Shown here: positions 36,222 to 39,040 of the stretch, piece after piece | Layout of the letters: every line of letters starts with the position of its first letter | Numbering within the stretch: the stretch's first letter is position 1 | Origin: a virus | Taxonomy: Duplodnaviria; Caudoviricetes | DNA length: 39,040 nucleotides | IMG/VR virus record: IMGVR_UViG_3300048598_000487 | Location: 1 to 39,040 of that record | Direction: 5' to 3' (one strand) | The notes under the pieces: model-generated | What the model was told of the DNA's origin: nothing | Seen by the model: only the letters and a program-made list of their open reading frames with translations | Databases searched by the model: none | Program-made: the position numbers and the translations under genes

Positions 36222-36662
36222 ATGTCGCTCTACAGGCCGAAGGATAGGAAGGAAGCAAAGAAATCATTCATAGCGATTGCCATTTTCATCATCGCCTTCG
36301 CGATCATAGCCGGGGTGGCGATCGGAATGCTGACGTCCGGAGGGGCGAGTTCGTCCGGGGCCAAGCTCTCCGGCTTCACCTATGCCAACTATCCATCGGC
36401 CTCGGCGGCGCAGATGCCCGACGCGGGGAATCGTTACGTGCTGTGCACCGTCACCATTACCAACACTGGGAATGCTAACCTCGTGGTCAACCCGAACTAC
36501 TTCACCCTGACGACCACCGATGGGCAAGTACACTCGTACTCGTGGTGGGTGGACTATTCCATGCCGTCTGGCCTGGTGGCGGGGGCGAGGGCTACAGTCA
36601 CTATTGGCTTCGAGATCTCGCAGTCGACCACGCCGGATACGCTCAAGTTCGCACAATGGTGA
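36222..36662 (+). CDS. Membrane-anchored DUF4352-like Ig-fold protein (moron)
   Basis: N-terminal TM; PDAGNRYVLCTVTITNTG...VNPNYFTLTTTDG...LVAG....TIGFEI; own TATA-like box at 36184-36193. Confidence 0.75.
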   Translation: MSLYRPKDRKEAKKSFIAIAIFIIAFAIIAGVAIGMLTSGGASSSGAKLSGFTYANYPSASAAQMPDAGNRYVLCTVTITNTGNANLVVNPNYFTLTTTDGQVHSYSWWVDYSMPSGLVAGARATVTIGFEISQSTTPDTLKFAQW

Positions 36663-36683
36663 GCTGGGCCAGCGCGCACCCCA

Positions 36684-36710
36684 AGGAAAAAGGTGGAAAG
36701 GGTTTTTCCT
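36684..36710 (+). terminator. Inverted repeat with T-run after the moron gene
   Basis: AGGAAAAA...TTTTTCCT. Confidence 0.45.
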
Positions 36711-36768
36711 CGATTTCCATTTGATTAACTTGAGAAACGCGCGGTCTGGCAACGCTCGCTGGCGCGGG

Positions 36769-36783
36769 CCGTCGCCCGCACCA
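36769..36783 (+). repeat. attR core CCGTCGCCCGCACCA
   Basis: Exact 15-bp copy of 40-54; flanking bases differ on both sides. Confidence 0.95.
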
Positions 36784-36956
36784 CTATCCATATCCAGGCA
36801 GGTACTCATTTTTTCAATCAGGGGGCTATTGGACACTGGCTGCGTCTGGCTTACCGGACTGGGTATTGTTACGACAGTCCAGGCCCGTTGAGCCTCCGCA
36901 ACCGCTTGGTCGTTCTTCTTGCGCGCGTAGTAGGTCTCGGTCGTCTTGCTCGTAGA
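36784..36956 (-). pseudogene. C-terminal relic of a second, related tyrosine integrase
   Basis: Minus strand encodes STSKTTETYYARKKNDQAVAEAQRAW vs ASTKTTETYYARKKNDKAIAEAQQVW in the proviral integrase. Confidence 0.85.
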
Positions 36957-37370
36957 TTCATACTTATGGCCATGGTGCGAAGGGGCATGTTTACGCTTGC
37001 GAAGATATAACTAGGGTTGAGGTCAAAATCTGAGGTATCGGGCAGCCCTTTTCGATGTGGCGTTAATGAAGCCGACGTATGCCAGCGAATTTTGCCCATG
37101 CCGCTGTGATGGATTTCTAAAACTGTCACATATCGGTAAGGGCCTTGTCAGCGCCGATGATGGAGGTCGGTGTCTCCCTAGCCGACTCTAAAATGGTAAA
37201 TCATGAAATATTAGGCGAGCCGTCAGAGGGCTTCGCGCCGCAAGCATTCATGTTCTTGTTATACGCAGCATTTGCCTATAATGGGACGATGATTATCAGT
37301 ATGGTTAGGTTCCAGATAGCCTTCTTTCCAAGGCCTCCCCCTAGGAAAACATTTCAATGGATCTGTATAT

Positions 37371-37844
37371 TCAAATCATTTTTGCCCAATTCGGCAATGG
37401 TGGAACGTGACCGAACTTTTCGACATACTTGTCCTCGATTGCTTTTGTGATCTCATAAGTCAGTCCAATTCTCCTCTTCTGGTCCTTGAACCCTACAGAG
37501 CCGCCCGATCTTCTGATTCGTGCAGATTTCCTCGCTTTGGGCTCAATGAACAGGTTGGCGACCGAATCGATCGGTTTGGTTGTTGATTCCTTGAACCTCC
37601 AATCGAACCGGATGTCCTCTCCGACCTCAACGTTATATGGGCGCATAACCACCTCGCTGATCACACCGATGGTAATGAAAAAGACGCTCGCGAAAGCAGC
37701 AAGGATTGTGCCCATGAGCATTAAGGTCGAGAAAGTTCCATGGCCTTCAATTCCAATGTATAATTGATAGGCGATGTAAGCCAGCGCCATCAATGAACAC
37801 ATACCAGTCATCCCAATCGTTAGAGGATCGGGAGGGTTCTTCAT
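37371..37844 (-). CDS. Two-TM membrane protein with PH-like C-terminal domain
   Basis: GAGGTG RBS before ATG 37844; 2 TM, RPYNVEV...IEDKYVEKFGHVPP. Confidence 0.7.
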   Translation of the reverse strand: MKNPPDPLTIGMTGMCSLMALAYIAYQLYIGIEGHGTFSTLMLMGTILAAFASVFFITIGVISEVVMRPYNVEVGEDIRFDWRFKESTTKPIDSVANLFIEPKARKSARIRRSGGSVGFKDQKRRIGLTYEITKAIEDKYVEKFGHVPPLPNWAKMI

Positions 37845-38087
37845 GTCGACACCCCACCTCATTCACGAGATTCCATATGAATAGATACGCCCATCGCACC
37901 ATAGTTCAGTAATAATGCGCCAGTCTCCATCGCTTTTGACCTCATTGATGCCTTTTCGATTAAGGGCGTGCTCCATTCAATTACATCGACGCATGTTGCC
38001 GTGGGCAATCTCCAAGCTGCTGTCAGCCTTCTACCGTTTCTATAACGGCCAGGAGCCATGGTCAGAAAACTGCCTAACATGTATCGC

Positions 38088-38630
38088 CTAGTTCTTCTTC
38101 TTGAACCGTTCATACTTTCTGTTCCATTGGCTCGACGACATGGCAAGCCTATCTCTTTCCATGCCGGGACATAGCTCATCATAAGATTTGGGCGGATATT
38201 TGCCCATACGCTGATAGTACGCCTCTTTCAACTCAAGAGCGATGGGATGGTCGATCGGATAATACCAGGCGATATCATTACAGATCGTTCCTCCTTTTTT
38301 ACCCAGGAGGGATGTTGTGAACCCGATCATCCGTATGTCCGGCCAGGCGATGATGATCGGCTTCTTGCCCAACCTCATGTTCAATTTCACGCCATCGTCC
38401 GATATCTCCACGGATTTCGGCCTATTCAGATAATTGATTTTGATGCCAACGACGTAGAAACAAATACTCCCAAGGACGACGCCGATAATGATGTTTAATG
38501 TCCTTGTAAACGAATCTGGATAATCAAAATTCATCCAGATTTCCATTAGCACGACGGTCAGTGTTATAAGGAAGGCCCACGATATGATGGGGCCATAATT
38601 CACCGAGTTCTCATATCTTCTAGTGTCCAT
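38088..38630 (-). CDS. Two-TM membrane protein, paralog of 37371-37844
   Basis: 2 TM, RPKSVEI...LKEAYYQRMGKYPP. Confidence 0.75.
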   Translation of the reverse strand: MDTRRYENSVNYGPIISWAFLITLTVVLMEIWMNFDYPDSFTRTLNIIIGVVLGSICFYVVGIKINYLNRPKSVEISDDGVKLNMRLGKKPIIIAWPDIRMIGFTTSLLGKKGGTICNDIAWYYPIDHPIALELKEAYYQRMGKYPPKSYDELCPGMERDRLAMSSSQWNRKYERFKKKN

Positions 38631-38916
38631 CGTTCAGCCCCCTTATGCTTTTAAACACATCCGATATCCCCTTTCCTGTTCCCGCCAGGGATACTAAGAG
38701 GGAAAATCCGTATGCAGTTTTTGTATTTGAATCGATATTTTGTGCAGTCATGCCTTTGAAGGACTCCCAAAGCCCATATGCCGACAGCTCCAACCCAAGA
38801 ACGCTTAGGAGCAGACCTCCAAAGCCACTAGTCATAGTATCCGCATATATGGCTATTACCAAACCACAAATCGAAGACGCTAGGGCCATTGGAAATGCCA
38901 GATAGGCATTGATGAA
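38620..38916 (-). pseudogene. Hydrophobic Gly-rich C-terminal gene fragment cut by an IS
   Basis: Open frame up to the IS boundary; its stop overlaps the start of the next gene. Confidence 0.5.
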
Positions 38917-39040
38917 GCTAGTTTCATAAATCCTCTGCTCGCATCGCGTTCCACGTCCAGAACTTGTTCTGGACCTCGAGGAACATGAGGTCGCGGTCAC
39001 GCGACCTCACCTCGCCGCCCAGCGTTCTCTTCACGGCCGA
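38917..39040 (-). mobile_element. End of an IS5-family insertion sequence (transposase C-terminus + terminal IR)
   Basis: Minus frame 39040-38924 = SAVKRTLGGEVRSRDRDLMFLEVQNKFWTWNAMRAEDL*, like IS5/IS903-group C-termini; GCTAGTTTCATAAATC resembles an IS903-type IR; GC jump. Confidence 0.65.

Noticed and set aside
36264-36836. 190-aa minus-strand ORF spanning attR
   Set aside because: Chance fusion of the integrase relic frame with the antisense of the moron gene.

Overview
The window holds an apparently complete ~36.7 kb tailed (siphovirus-type, Caudoviricetes) archaeal provirus integrated in the 3' end of a tRNA-Gly(GCC). It is bounded by a perfect 15-bp direct repeat CCGTCGCCCGCACCA (attL 40-54, attR 36769-36783). 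An archaeal host is supported by an MCM helicase, GGAGGTG/GGGGTG ribosome-binding sites, TATA-like promoters and an A73 discriminator in tRNA-Gly; a Methanomassiliicoccales-like host is inference only. Gene order: tyrosine integrase; a leftward early operon (Zn-finger proteins, single-strand annealing protein, wHTH); a control region (AbrB-like regulator, AT/TAGA repeats); a rightward early operon (RHH, RusA, MCM, three DNA methyltransferases, a TGT/DpdA-like enzyme and an ASCH protein); packaging/head/tail modules; a putative lysis cassette with a GH5-like hydrolase; and a DUF4352-like moron. Beyond attR lie the relic of an older, related integrase, two paralogous membrane-protein genes paired with truncated hydrophobic ORF ends (possible orphan toxin/immunity cassettes), and the end of an IS5-like element. 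The most notable signals are: a fully nested, out-of-frame second subunit inside the C5 methyltransferase; an integrase whose C-terminus is swapped by integration; a TGT-like + ASCH pair in a multi-layer DNA-modification region; nested LamG domains; and candidate non-canonical (ACG, ATA) start codons. All family calls are from motif recognition by eye, not database searches.
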